Virus record (IMG/VR): IMGVR_UViG_3300033076_000411
Span: 19,233-83,232 of that record
Strand: one strand, 5' to 3'
DNA length: 64,000 bases
DNA from: a virus
Taxonomy: Duplodnaviria; Caudoviricetes
In this document: positions 45,453 through 55,145 of the stretch, in pieces
Layout: each line of letters opens with the position of its first letter
Numbering within the stretch: the first letter of the stretch is position 1
Program-made: the position numbers and the translations under genes
Notes under the pieces: model-generated
Database searches by the model: none
What the model was told of the DNA's origin: nothing
What the model saw: only the letters and a program-made list of their open reading frames with translations

Positions 45453-47038
45453 GTATTAAACCAGGAATGGATACTGTGCTGGTCAAAGCGCCGCACCGTA
45501 GAGAAACATATACACAACAAGAACTAGAAGAGTTTGCAAAGTGTGCTGACCCTATCACAGGGCCCATGTACTTCATGGACCATTTCTTTTACATTCAGCA
45601 TCCTGTTAAAGGCAAGATGTTGTATCATCCTTTTGAATATCAAAAGAGACTAATTGAGAACTATCATTTGAATCGTTTCTCAATTTCGTTGATGCCACGA
45701 CAAACAGGTAAGTCAACTTCTGCTGCTGGATACTTGCTTTGGTATGCTATGTTTGTTCCTGACGCAACTATTCTAGTTGCTGCGCACAAGTACTTGGGTG
45801 CGCAGGAAATTATGCAACGTATTCGTTATGCATACGAACTATGCCCTAATCACATTAGAGCAGGTGCAACCAGTTACAACAAAGGATCGTTAGAGTTTGA
45901 CAACGGATCACGTATTGTGTCACAGACCACAACTGAAAACACCGGACGTGGTATGTCTATTACACTACTATACCTAGACGAATTTGCGTTCGTCCGTCCT
46001 ACAATTGCCACTGAGTTCTGGACTTCTATTACACCTACACTGAGTACTGGTGGTAAAGCGATTATTACATCGACCCCCAACTCGGACGAAGATCAATTTG
46101 CGTTGATTTGGAAAGGTGCCAACAAAACAGAAGATGAGTTTGGAAACCCAAGACCAGGCGGCTTAGGCATAAACGGTTTCAAAGCATATCGTGCATACTG
46201 GCGCGAACACCCAGATCGCGATGACAAGTGGGCAGACGAACAACGAGCGCAACTAGGTGAAGAACGTTTCCGTAGGGAAATGGACTGCGAGTTCGTTATC
46301 AATGACGAAACGCTGATTAGTCCTATCAAACTACTAGAAATGGATGGAGCGGAACCTATTACCAAGACTGGACAAGTTCGTTGGTACAAACCAATAAACA
46401 AAGATAAGATTTACATTGTTGCGCTGGATCCTAGTTTGGGCACTGGTGGAGATCCTGCGGCCATACAAGTATTTGAAGCAGACACAACAGAACAGGTTGC
46501 GGAATGGAAGCACAACAAAACTGACGTTCCTACACAAGTTAGGATCATGGCAGACATAATCAAGCACATAAACGATACACTCAAAGACAGCAAACGCATT
46601 TATTACAGCGTAGAAAACAACACACTCGGTGAAGCAGCCCTAATCTCTATCAATGAATACGGGGAAGAAAATATCCCGGGCTATTTCCTGAGCGACAATA
46701 CTACAGTGGCAGGAACAGGACGTAGATTCCGCAAAGGATTTAATACTACAAACAAAGCCAAACTAACTGCATGTAACAAGTTTAAGATTCTAGTAGAATC
46801 TGGGCGTATGAAAATCTACTCAAAACCCCTGATATCGGAACTCAAGAACTTTGTGGCAAATGGCACAAATAGTTATTCTGCTAAACCTGGGGAAACAGAC
46901 GATCTTGTGATGGCTAGTCTGCTGGTTTGCCGCATGCTAATGCTGCTACAAACTTACCATTCTGACTTGGATGCGCACCTAAAAGACCACTCAGACAACA
47001 TCATTGAACCTATGCCGTTCATTTCTATTATGCGCTAA
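45449..47038 (+). CDS. gp17: Terminase large subunit, T4 gp17-like
   Basis: Walker A MPRQTGKS, Walker B LYLDEFAF, ITSTPN, RFRREMDCEF, nuclease ALDPS and DDLVMA. Confidence 0.95.
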   Translation: MSIKPGMDTVLVKAPHRRETYTQQELEEFAKCADPITGPMYFMDHFFYIQHPVKGKMLYHPFEYQKRLIENYHLNRFSISLMPRQTGKSTSAAGYLLWYAMFVPDATILVAAHKYLGAQEIMQRIRYAYELCPNHIRAGATSYNKGSLEFDNGSRIVSQTTTENTGRGMSITLLYLDEFAFVRPTIATEFWTSITPTLSTGGKAIITSTPNSDEDQFALIWKGANKTEDEFGNPRPGGLGINGFKAYRAYWREHPDRDDKWADEQRAQLGEERFRREMDCEFVINDETLISPIKLLEMDGAEPITKTGQVRWYKPINKDKIYIVALDPSLGTGGDPAAIQVFEADTTEQVAEWKHNKTDVPTQVRIMADIIKHINDTLKDSKRIYYSVENNTLGEAALISINEYGEENIPGYFLSDNTTVAGTGRRFRKGFNTTNKAKLTACNKFKILVESGRMKIYSKPLISELKNFVANGTNSYSAKPGETDDLVMASLLVCRMLMLLQTYHSDLDAHLKDHSDNIIEPMPFISIMR

Positions 47039-47048
47039 ATACACAACC

Positions 47049-49061
47049 ATGGCTATAGAAAATAACATTGCTTCACAATTAAACGACCTGCTGGTCACAC
47101 AAGATTTCCACCCCGAAATGTTGGATAAAAACGGACGCCCATGCAACGCAGACGATGCAAAAACGTTTAGTTTTGATTACGTTTCTAGTTCGGGCAAGAA
47201 CTATGGCACAATGGTTATTGTGTTGGGCAACGACAACGAAATGCAAGTTATGTACGGCGACAACTTGGGCCGCACAATGGAAGGATCTGACAAAGAAGAC
47301 TTCTTTAACTTTACCCAACAACTACACAAGTTTGCTACTCGTAACTTCTGGAACTATACTCCACAAGATTTAAGCAAACTCCGACACGTACAGGCAGGTA
47401 TTGCTGCTATTCAAGAAGGCTTGTTTGAAGGCTACTATGGTAACCGCAGAGTAAGTTACTCCGGAGAGCCGACATCAGCACGCCTAATGATCAAACACAA
47501 TCAATCACTGGGCGAAAACGATGCACGTTTCCGTCATGTGGAAAGTATTTTTATTGAAACTGCTGATCAAGAGCGTTTCAAATTACCGTTTACAAATCTA
47601 TCTGGTGCTAGAGCCATGTTAGAGCATGTAAAGCAAGGTGGCAAGCCCTACGATGTTCGTGGCAACCACATTTGCGAAATGGTTACAGAACTCAAAGTGC
47701 TTAACCGTTTTAATCGCGCCAGCAAAGGGCGTGTGTCAGAAGGTGTAACAAAAGAACTAGTGGAAGGCGCACAAGCCTACTACAAAACTCTGCGTGAAAG
47801 CCTCAAGCACCTAGGCACAAGCCGTGGGTATACGAACTATTTTGAAACCTGGACTCCGCTAGAAGTTACAGAGCAAGATAAACTAGTTGAAGACATCAAA
47901 ACTCTATTTGTTGAACAAACAATAGATACTAGAATTGAAGCCGCACTACCCCTGCTGGCTAGAATACAACAAGGAAACGCTATGAAAGAAGCACAAATTT
48001 TTGAAAGTTGGATCAACAACTTAGTAGAAGGTACTTGGAGTTTACCAGATACTCCTGAGCAACAAGAAAAACTCAAAGAATTAATGAGCCAGCCATTGTC
48101 TGCCGGCCCAGACGGTACAAACGCAACAGAACAACTGTATGATATCGTTGGCGACGATCAATTGTTCGATGCTATCACGGCTGTAGCCGAACGTGATCCA
48201 GATGCAAACATTTGGGACGACGAAGGTGTGCAACGTCGTTTAGAAGACCTAGGCATCTATGTTGTTAACCCAACTGAAGGTGACGAAGTTGCGCCAGTTC
48301 CTGACACACAAGACACTGGCGTCCCAGACGGCGGCGAAATTGCTCCGCAAGGCACAGTACCTCCTGTACAAGAAGACATTGCTGCCCTAGAAGAAAGTCT
48401 TCGCAGCATGCTCAAACATGCAGGCGTTGCAGTCACAGAAGCACGTATGCTAGACGAAGGCGGTGAAGCACTCAATCATATCTTGGATCGCTTCAAGCAC
48501 GAAGTTCGTAATTTTGAGCAAGGCAGCGAATTAGATTCTGATTTGTACGATGCATTGTTTGATTACTACTCTGGCACAGGCGAAATGCCTTACGGTGTTG
48601 CCAAAGCCCGCACAGGCGATCCATTCAATTGGGTCAGCGATAAATTAGGACAACATTTAGGTGTAAATGAAGCAGACAACATCGCTGCGTTTGAAGCACC
48701 ATTAGACGAGTTTATTGGTATGCCAGCAATTGGTGAAGGACCAGCAGTTGATGCATACATGTCAGGAAAGAGTCCGGCTATTGCACACTTTGCTGATCAA
48801 TTAGACCACGAAGTACACGAAGGTAGTTGCAACGCAACCATGGAGGGCGAGTACTGCCCAGAACACGGTTTGGCAGAGTGCGGCACAACAGCAGGCGGAA
48901 TGGCTCCTGTTGTAATGGGAGAAGAAGGTCAACAAGCCTTTGTTAATAAGAATCACGACGATGCTATTAACTACAACGGCGCAGTTACTGGTTCTTACTA
49001 CGAGTCCAAAGACGGCGATGCTATGCTAGCCAGAATAAAATCGCTGGCTTTGATCAAGTAA
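47049..49061 (+). CDS. Hypothetical acidic protein (670 aa), possibly head-associated and processed
   Basis: Start MAIENN at 47049 after TAAATA (47036-47041). Many xxE(G/A) boundaries in the C-terminal half. Confidence 0.55.
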   Translation: MAIENNIASQLNDLLVTQDFHPEMLDKNGRPCNADDAKTFSFDYVSSSGKNYGTMVIVLGNDNEMQVMYGDNLGRTMEGSDKEDFFNFTQQLHKFATRNFWNYTPQDLSKLRHVQAGIAAIQEGLFEGYYGNRRVSYSGEPTSARLMIKHNQSLGENDARFRHVESIFIETADQERFKLPFTNLSGARAMLEHVKQGGKPYDVRGNHICEMVTELKVLNRFNRASKGRVSEGVTKELVEGAQAYYKTLRESLKHLGTSRGYTNYFETWTPLEVTEQDKLVEDIKTLFVEQTIDTRIEAALPLLARIQQGNAMKEAQIFESWINNLVEGTWSLPDTPEQQEKLKELMSQPLSAGPDGTNATEQLYDIVGDDQLFDAITAVAERDPDANIWDDEGVQRRLEDLGIYVVNPTEGDEVAPVPDTQDTGVPDGGEIAPQGTVPPVQEDIAALEESLRSMLKHAGVAVTEARMLDEGGEALNHILDRFKHEVRNFEQGSELDSDLYDALFDYYSGTGEMPYGVAKARTGDPFNWVSDKLGQHLGVNEADNIAAFEAPLDEFIGMPAIGEGPAVDAYMSGKSPAIAHFADQLDHEVHEGSCNATMEGEYCPEHGLAECGTTAGGMAPVVMGEEGQQAFVNKNHDDAINYNGAVTGSYYESKDGDAMLARIKSLALIK

Positions 49062-49063
49062 CA

Positions 49064-49247
49064 TAAATAAAACATGAAAGAAGTGTGCGTAGTGGCGCAC
49101 ACTTCCGTAAACAACTAGTTAGGCAAAATTCTCTACCGTAAAGGTAGGAACACACAGACAGGCTGTGTTAAAATAACCTTGTAGGCAGCATTTAAGATAA
49201 TCTTAAATTTTAAAATCATATTAACACGCATAGAAAGGCAACACAAT
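49064..49247 (+). promoter_or_regulatory. Long structured 5' leader of the ssb gene
   Basis: TAAATA at 49064, then hairpins at 49081-49104 (9 bp), 49133-49147, 49152-49168 and 49190-49208, then an A/T-rich stretch to the RBS. Confidence 0.55.
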
Positions 49248-50240
49248 ATGGCATCATTAGCAGAAATCCGAGCACGTTTACAAGCGGCAGAAGGTAACAA
49301 AGGCGGGCAATCCGCAGGTGGCGGCGATAAATCAATTTACCCCCACTGGAACATGGAAGAAGGCCAATCGGCTACATTACGCTTCCTCCCAGACGGCAAT
49401 ACAAAGAATACATTTTTCTGGCAAGAACGAGCAATGATTCGTTTACCATTCAACGGCATCAAAGGCGAAATGGATTCCAAGCAAGTTATGGTTCAAGTAC
49501 CTTGCGTTGAGATGTGGGGCGATGCTTGCCCAATCTTGGCAGAAGTGCGCACCTGGTTCAAGGACAAGAGCCTTGAAGAAATGGGTCGCAAATACTGGAA
49601 GAAGCGTTCATACATCTTCCAAGGTTTCGTTCGCGAAAACCCAATTGGTGACGACAAAACACCAGACAATCCAATCCGTAAGTTTATCATTGGCCCACAG
49701 TTGTTTGCAACTATCAAAGGCGCTTTAATGGATCCAGAACTGGAAGAATTGCCAACAGACATGTTGCGCGGGTTGGACTTCCGTATCAGCAAAACATCAA
49801 AAGGTGGCTTCGCTGACTACAGCACATCTAAGTGGGCTCGTAAAGAATCTGCACTCACAGAAGCAGAACAAGCCGCAGTTGACACACATGGTTTGTACGA
49901 CTTGAGCACATTCTTGCCAAAGCGTCCTGGCGAAGTTGAGTTGAAAGTTATCAAAGAGATGTTTGAAGCATCTGTTGATGGTCAACCGTACGACACAGAA
50001 CGTTGGGGCCAATACTTCCGTCCAGCAGGTGTTAACGCACCTGGCGGCGCAAGTGGCGATGCAGAAACTCCTGCTTCTACTCCCGCTCCGGTAGCAAAGG
50101 CAGCACCTGCTCCAGTAGCAGAAACTCCTGCTTGGGAAGACGAACCAGCAGAAGCATCGGCACCAGTTGCTAAACCAGCGGCTACTACACAAAAAGCAGA
50201 AGACATCTTGGCTATGATTCGTAGCCGTCAACAGAAGTAA
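49248..50240 (+). CDS. gp32: Single-stranded DNA-binding protein, T4 gp32-like
   Basis: LRFLPDG, VPCVEMWGDACPI, RKYWKKRSY, GLDFRISK...GGFADYSTSKW, acidic/Ala-Pro tail. Confidence 0.9.
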   Translation: MASLAEIRARLQAAEGNKGGQSAGGGDKSIYPHWNMEEGQSATLRFLPDGNTKNTFFWQERAMIRLPFNGIKGEMDSKQVMVQVPCVEMWGDACPILAEVRTWFKDKSLEEMGRKYWKKRSYIFQGFVRENPIGDDKTPDNPIRKFIIGPQLFATIKGALMDPELEELPTDMLRGLDFRISKTSKGGFADYSTSKWARKESALTEAEQAAVDTHGLYDLSTFLPKRPGEVELKVIKEMFEASVDGQPYDTERWGQYFRPAGVNAPGGASGDAETPASTPAPVAKAAPAPVAETPAWEDEPAEASAPVAKPAATTQKAEDILAMIRSRQQK

Positions 50241-50250
50241 TAAGCAATTA

Positions 50251-50278
50251 CACACGGGGCAACCCGTGTGTTCCTTTC
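50251..50278 (+). terminator. Hairpin with GCAA tetraloop after ssb
   Basis: cacacggg-gcaa-cccgtgtg followed by ttccttt. Confidence 0.65.
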
Positions 50279-50296
50279 TCTATACATAGGTGATCT

Positions 50297-51352
50297 ATGG
50301 GTAAACCATTTGACGTATCAAAGTTCCGCAAGGAAATTACAAAAAGCATTGACGGCCTTTCAATCGGCTTCAACGATCCAACAGACTGGATCTCTACAGG
50401 CAACTATGCCTTGAACTATTTGATCAGCGGCGACTTTAACCGTGGTATTCCACTGGGTAAAGTAACTGTGTTCGCTGGCGATTCTGGCGCAGGTAAATCG
50501 TATATCTGTTCCGGCAACATTGTTAAACACGCACAAGAACAAGGCATCTTTGTTGTGTTAGTTGACTCAGAAAACGCCCTTGACGAAGACTGGCTCAAAG
50601 CACTAGGCGTTGACACAAGTGAAAGCAAATTGCTGAAGTTAAGCATGGCCATGATTGATGACGTTGCTAAAACAATCTCTACATTCATGAGTGACTACAA
50701 AGCACTAGCAGAAGCAGATCGCCCAAAGGTATTGTTTGTTATTGACTCCCTGGGTATGTTGTTGACCCCAACTGACATTAACCAATTTGATGCAGGCGAC
50801 TTAAAAGGCGACTTAGGTCGCAAGCCCAAAGCACTTACAGCACTGGTTCGTAACTGTGTAAACATGTTTGGCGCATACAACGTTGGTTTGGTTGCTACTA
50901 ACCACACATACGCATCACAGGATATGTTTGACCCTGACGATAAAATCAGTGGCGGTCAAGGTTTCATTTACGCCAGTTCGATTGTTGTTGCTATGAAGAA
51001 ACTCAAACTCAAAGAGGACGAGGACGGCAACAAAGTTTCGGACGTTAACGGTATCCGTGCCGCATGTAAGATCATGAAAACACGTTATGCCAAACCATTT
51101 GAAGGTGTGCAAGTTAAGATTCCTTATACAACAGGTATGAGCCCATACTCTGGTCTTGTTGACCTGATTGAGAAAAAGGAAATGCTCAAGCGTGAAGGCA
51201 ACAGTTTGGTGTTCACACTCAGTGATGGTGAGATTATCAAGAAGTTCCGCAAGGCCTGGGAAAAGAATGACGAAGGCTGTCTCGACAAAGTTATGGAAGA
51301 TTTCAAAAATCAGAAAGAAGAGGTAACTACTGTTGAGGAGGACACTGAATAA
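50297..51352 (+). CDS. uvsX: RecA-like recombinase UvsX
   Basis: GDSGAGKS, VDSENA, VIDSLG, NHTY, SGGQGFIYASSIV, KTRYAKPF. Confidence 0.93.
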   Translation: MGKPFDVSKFRKEITKSIDGLSIGFNDPTDWISTGNYALNYLISGDFNRGIPLGKVTVFAGDSGAGKSYICSGNIVKHAQEQGIFVVLVDSENALDEDWLKALGVDTSESKLLKLSMAMIDDVAKTISTFMSDYKALAEADRPKVLFVIDSLGMLLTPTDINQFDAGDLKGDLGRKPKALTALVRNCVNMFGAYNVGLVATNHTYASQDMFDPDDKISGGQGFIYASSIVVAMKKLKLKEDEDGNKVSDVNGIRAACKIMKTRYAKPFEGVQVKIPYTTGMSPYSGLVDLIEKKEMLKREGNSLVFTLSDGEIIKKFRKAWEKNDEGCLDKVMEDFKNQKEEVTTVEEDTE

Positions 51353-51624
51353 TGAGTGAACATTTAGCAGCAGAAATTTGGGGCGAACTCAAACGTTATG
51401 TAAACACAGTTGATCGCGCCGAAGCCGCAGAAACTGTGATTCAAATCTTGATGGATAACGATTCGGACGTTGATGATATCCGTGATGCGTTTAAAGGCGA
51501 CTCGGATATCAAACGTGCTCTAACTACATATCTTGACAACGACAAAGATTATGAAGCAGAGGACGAGGACGAAGACGAGCCAGAAGACGAAGATTACAAC
51601 GAAGATGACGACTGGGAAAACTAA
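51352..51624 (+). CDS. Small hypothetical protein with very acidic tail
   Basis: 90 aa ending EAEDEDEDEPEDEDYNEDDDWEN; coupled on both sides. Confidence 0.65.
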   Translation: MSEHLAAEIWGELKRYVNTVDRAEAAETVIQILMDNDSDVDDIRDAFKGDSDIKRALTTYLDNDKDYEAEDEDEDEPEDEDYNEDDDWEN

Positions 51625-52805
51625 TGAACGACAATGAACGTAGTTACTATTGTTCAATGAAGTTTAAGTTTCTCAAGATCGATTTAGAATCTAATACAAC
51701 TTACAATTGTCATGCGGCATCGCCGCATGCAATTGATTTTACGTATCTAGATAAAAATCCTGGCCAACTTTTTAACATACCGATAAATGTTGCTGAACGG
51801 CAACAAATGCTCAACAATCAACGGAATCGCAGTTGTGAGCAAAATTGTTGGACAGCCGAAGATAGGGGTGCAACTAGCCCACGTATAGTTCAATTTGGCA
51901 CTGAAAAAACACACACTGATGTGTTTGCGCCACCAGAAGAAATTGACTTAACGTTAGGCAGTGATTGTAACCTTACATGTAGTTACTGTTGCAAAGAATT
52001 CAGCAACGGCTGGAGAAGAGATCTAATCAAAGACGGTGATTATACCATAACTGATGCACCAGACGATAGGTATACTATTACACCTAGAGATCGCATGTTG
52101 GTGAACATAAAACAGTCTACGCTGAAGCAATCGAAACGTTACCAACAACTACTGGAAGAGATCACATTCTGTGCACCTAACTTAAAAAAATTAGTTGTAA
52201 CCGGCGGCGAGCCACTGTTAGATAATCATCTACTTGGTATATTAGAAAACCTGCCAGTTTCAAACACAACAGAGATTAGAATTTACACAGGGCTTGGTGT
52301 ATCAAATACTCGTTTTAACAAAATCCTAGACCAGTTAGCAGGTATCCCCAATTTGATCTTATTCATAAGTGCAGAGAACACGCACAAATACCTAGAGTTC
52401 AATAGGTACGGCAACAAGTGGGACGAGTATCTGGACAAAATTCAACAGATCAAAAAACGAAACATACGACATATCTTTCAAAGCACGTTGTCTAATCTAA
52501 CGTTGTTTGGATTTACAGAATTCTATAAAATGTTTGGCGATAACACCACTAGAGTCTTGTTTGCATACCAACCTAGATTTATGGCACCCAATGTACTAGA
52601 CCAACAAAGTAAACAATACCTTGCAGAACAATTTCAAAGTTTGCCAGTGGACTTACGCGATAGATTGATTAAGAGTATGCAAGAGCCTGCTGGCGAGAAA
52701 GACAGAACAAATATGTGTGAATTTTTGAAACAATTTGTACAGCGTCGTGGCGATTTAGATATTAACATATATCCTAAGTCGTTTTTAGAATGGTTAGGAG
52801 TATAA
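51624..52805 (+). CDS. Radical SAM protein with N-terminal Cys/His domain (4 of 4)
   Basis: YYC...YNCH...CEQNCW before CNLTCSYC and VTGGEPLL. Confidence 0.87.
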   Translation: MNDNERSYYCSMKFKFLKIDLESNTTYNCHAASPHAIDFTYLDKNPGQLFNIPINVAERQQMLNNQRNRSCEQNCWTAEDRGATSPRIVQFGTEKTHTDVFAPPEEIDLTLGSDCNLTCSYCCKEFSNGWRRDLIKDGDYTITDAPDDRYTITPRDRMLVNIKQSTLKQSKRYQQLLEEITFCAPNLKKLVVTGGEPLLDNHLLGILENLPVSNTTEIRIYTGLGVSNTRFNKILDQLAGIPNLILFISAENTHKYLEFNRYGNKWDEYLDKIQQIKKRNIRHIFQSTLSNLTLFGFTEFYKMFGDNTTRVLFAYQPRFMAPNVLDQQSKQYLAEQFQSLPVDLRDRLIKSMQEPAGEKDRTNMCEFLKQFVQRRGDLDINIYPKSFLEWLGV

Positions 52806-52806
52806 T

Positions 52807-53259
52807 ATGTGGTATAGTCGCGTTGTTGCAGACCTTGGCGCTATTCCAGACTTCATTGCTCACTATGAACGTGAACTAGATGAAGCCCGGAAAGAATGCA
52901 AAATTGGAGGCCTGATTGAACGAGCAATCAAAGAACTACCAGGTAACACAGAACATCGCTTTAATCAACTGCAAGAGATTGAAGCAGTGCTTAACTACCT
53001 TAACATTCAGTTACGTAAGATTCGACGCAAACATTTCCAAAAATACTTAGAAGGTTATGCTCGTGCGCTAACTAGTAGGGATGCTGAAAAATACGTTGAT
53101 GGCGAAGACGAAGTCATTGACTATGAAACTATTATCAACGAAGTAGCATACTTGCGTAATCGTTGGCTAGGTATCATGAAAGGCTTAGATACCAAGCAAT
53201 GGCAAATGGGCCATGTGGTCCGCTTGCGCACAGCAGGCATGGAAGACATTCAAGTTTAA
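52807..53259 (+). CDS. uvsY: Recombination mediator, UvsY-like
   Basis: 150-aa helical protein with LTSRDAEKYVDGEDEV and LDTKQWQMGHVVRLRTAG, near uvsX. Confidence 0.75.
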   Translation: MWYSRVVADLGAIPDFIAHYERELDEARKECKIGGLIERAIKELPGNTEHRFNQLQEIEAVLNYLNIQLRKIRRKHFQKYLEGYARALTSRDAEKYVDGEDEVIDYETIINEVAYLRNRWLGIMKGLDTKQWQMGHVVRLRTAGMEDIQV

Positions 53260-53266
53260 GGAAAAT

Positions 53267-54367
53267 ATGAGTTATTTGTTTACGAGTGAGTCAGTGTCAG
53301 AAGGACACCCGGACAAAGTTGCAGACGCTATTAGCGATGCAATTTTAGATTTAGTTATGGAAAAACGTGATCCAGCATTGCGTTGTGCATGTGAAACCTT
53401 GGTAACAACAAACATGGTTACTGTTGCAGGCGAGTACAAAGGTGTGTTGGATAAAGCACAAGTAGAGTCCACCATTCGTGAGACTATTAAAAACATCGGC
53501 TACGAACAATCTGGATTTGACTGGCGAACTGTAAAAATTTACAATGAGTTACATGGACAGTCAGCAGACATTGCCCTGGGCACTGATAACTTTGGTGCAG
53601 GCGACCAAGGTTTAATGTTTGGGTATGCATGCAACGAAACTGACAACTATATGCCTAGTGCAATTTACTGGAGCCATAAAATTGTTGAAGAACTAGCACG
53701 CCTTCGCAAAGGTGGCGGCATGACCTGGCTTGGCCCAGACGCTAAAAGTCAAGTAACTTTTGAATACAACGACGACGGCACCCCCAAGCGTATTGCCAAA
53801 GTTGTTTGTTCAACACAACACCGCGAAGACATACCAATTGCAAACGTTCGTAGTTCAGTTGAGTATGCTATTCGCACAGTGCTACCCAAGGAGTATGTGG
53901 ATGCAGGAACTGAGTTTTATATTAATCCTACTGGCCGTTTTGTCATTGGGGGCCCTGATGGTGATTGCGGTCTTACTGGCCGTAAGATCATTGTTGATAC
54001 TTATGGTGGCTACAGTCCTCACGGTGGGGGTGCTTTTAGTGGAAAAGATCCTACTAAGGTGGATCGATCGGCAGCGTATATGATGCGCTACATTGCCAAA
54101 AACATTGTTGCAAGCGGTGCTGCACCTTGGGCAACTTGCCAAATCAGTTACGCTATTGGTATGAAAGACCCAATGAGTTTCTATATTGAAACACAAGATA
54201 CAGAACTAAGTCGTAATCTTACATATCGTGTACAGGAACTTGTAGACTTAACACCAAAGGGTATCATTGAACGTTTTGATTTGTTCCGTCCTATTTACAG
54301 TTCAACTACCAACTATGGACACTTCGGCAAAGCAGACTTGCCTTGGGAAAAACTAGACCTGTTCTAA
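53267..54367 (+). CDS. metK: S-adenosylmethionine synthetase
   Basis: FTSESVSEGHPDK, GAGDQG, GLTGRKIIVDTYGG, GGGAFSGKDPTKVDRSAAY; RBS AAGGA. Confidence 0.97.
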   Translation: MSYLFTSESVSEGHPDKVADAISDAILDLVMEKRDPALRCACETLVTTNMVTVAGEYKGVLDKAQVESTIRETIKNIGYEQSGFDWRTVKIYNELHGQSADIALGTDNFGAGDQGLMFGYACNETDNYMPSAIYWSHKIVEELARLRKGGGMTWLGPDAKSQVTFEYNDDGTPKRIAKVVCSTQHREDIPIANVRSSVEYAIRTVLPKEYVDAGTEFYINPTGRFVIGGPDGDCGLTGRKIIVDTYGGYSPHGGGAFSGKDPTKVDRSAAYMMRYIAKNIVASGAAPWATCQISYAIGMKDPMSFYIETQDTELSRNLTYRVQELVDLTPKGIIERFDLFRPIYSSTTNYGHFGKADLPWEKLDLF

Positions 54368-54386
54368 ACTACCTGTAAATACTGGT

Positions 54387-55145
54387 ATGAAAACAGTTGT
54401 AATTGTCACCGGTGGGTTTGACCCCATTCATTCTGGACACATCGCTTACTTTCGCGAAGCAGCGAAACTAGGCGATGAACTCATTGTAGGATTAAATTCT
54501 GATGCCTGGCTTACACGTAAAAAAGGCAAGCCCTTTATGTCTTGGAAGGAACGTTGGGGCATCTTGCATGAACTATGGATGGTCACAGATGTAATAGAGT
54601 TTGATGATTCGGATGGTTCAAGCATTGACGCTATTCGCAAAGTCAAAGAACAATGGCCCGAACACAAAATTATCTTTGCCAATGGCGGAGATAGAACAGC
54701 AGAGAACATTCCAGAAATGGTGTTTGATGATGTAGAGTTTGTTTTTGGGGTAGGTGGCGAAGACAAGAAAAACTCCAGTAGTTGGATTCTCGAGGATTGG
54801 AAAAAGCCTAGAACTGAACGTGCCTGGGGATATTATCGTGTGCTACACGAAGTAGGTCCAAGCACCAAACTCAAAGAACTCACTGTAAATCCTAAAACTT
54901 GTTTAAGCATGCAAAGACACGAGAAACGTGCAGAGTTCTGGTTTGTAGCCGAAGGCGAAGCAGCGGTCTATAGTTTAGACAACTCAAGTGATCAGGAACT
55001 GGTAGGCATATTCAAACAGCATGACAATATTTTTATCAAGCAAAACGAATGGCATCAGTTGTGCAACGAAACAGACAAGCCACTGAAATTAATTGAAATT
55101 CAGTATGGTGAAGATTGTGTCGAAGAGGACATAGAGCGCCGATGA
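54387..55145 (+). CDS. Cytidylyltransferase (HIGH family) fused to a mannose-6-phosphate isomerase type II-like cupin
   Basis: GGFDPIHSGH, FANGGDR, KKNSSS, then RAWGYY...LSMQRHEKRAEFWFV...WHQL...LIEIQYG. Confidence 0.85.
   Translation: MKTVVIVTGGFDPIHSGHIAYFREAAKLGDELIVGLNSDAWLTRKKGKPFMSWKERWGILHELWMVTDVIEFDDSDGSSIDAIRKVKEQWPEHKIIFANGGDRTAENIPEMVFDDVEFVFGVGGEDKKNSSSWILEDWKKPRTERAWGYYRVLHEVGPSTKLKELTVNPKTCLSMQRHEKRAEFWFVAEGEAAVYSLDNSSDQELVGIFKQHDNIFIKQNEWHQLCNETDKPLKLIEIQYGEDCVEEDIERR

Noticed and set aside
45449-51352. Introns or inteins in terminase, ssb or uvsX
   Set aside because: Lengths and motif spacing are continuous, with no LAGLIDADG/HINT signatures or frame breaks seen.
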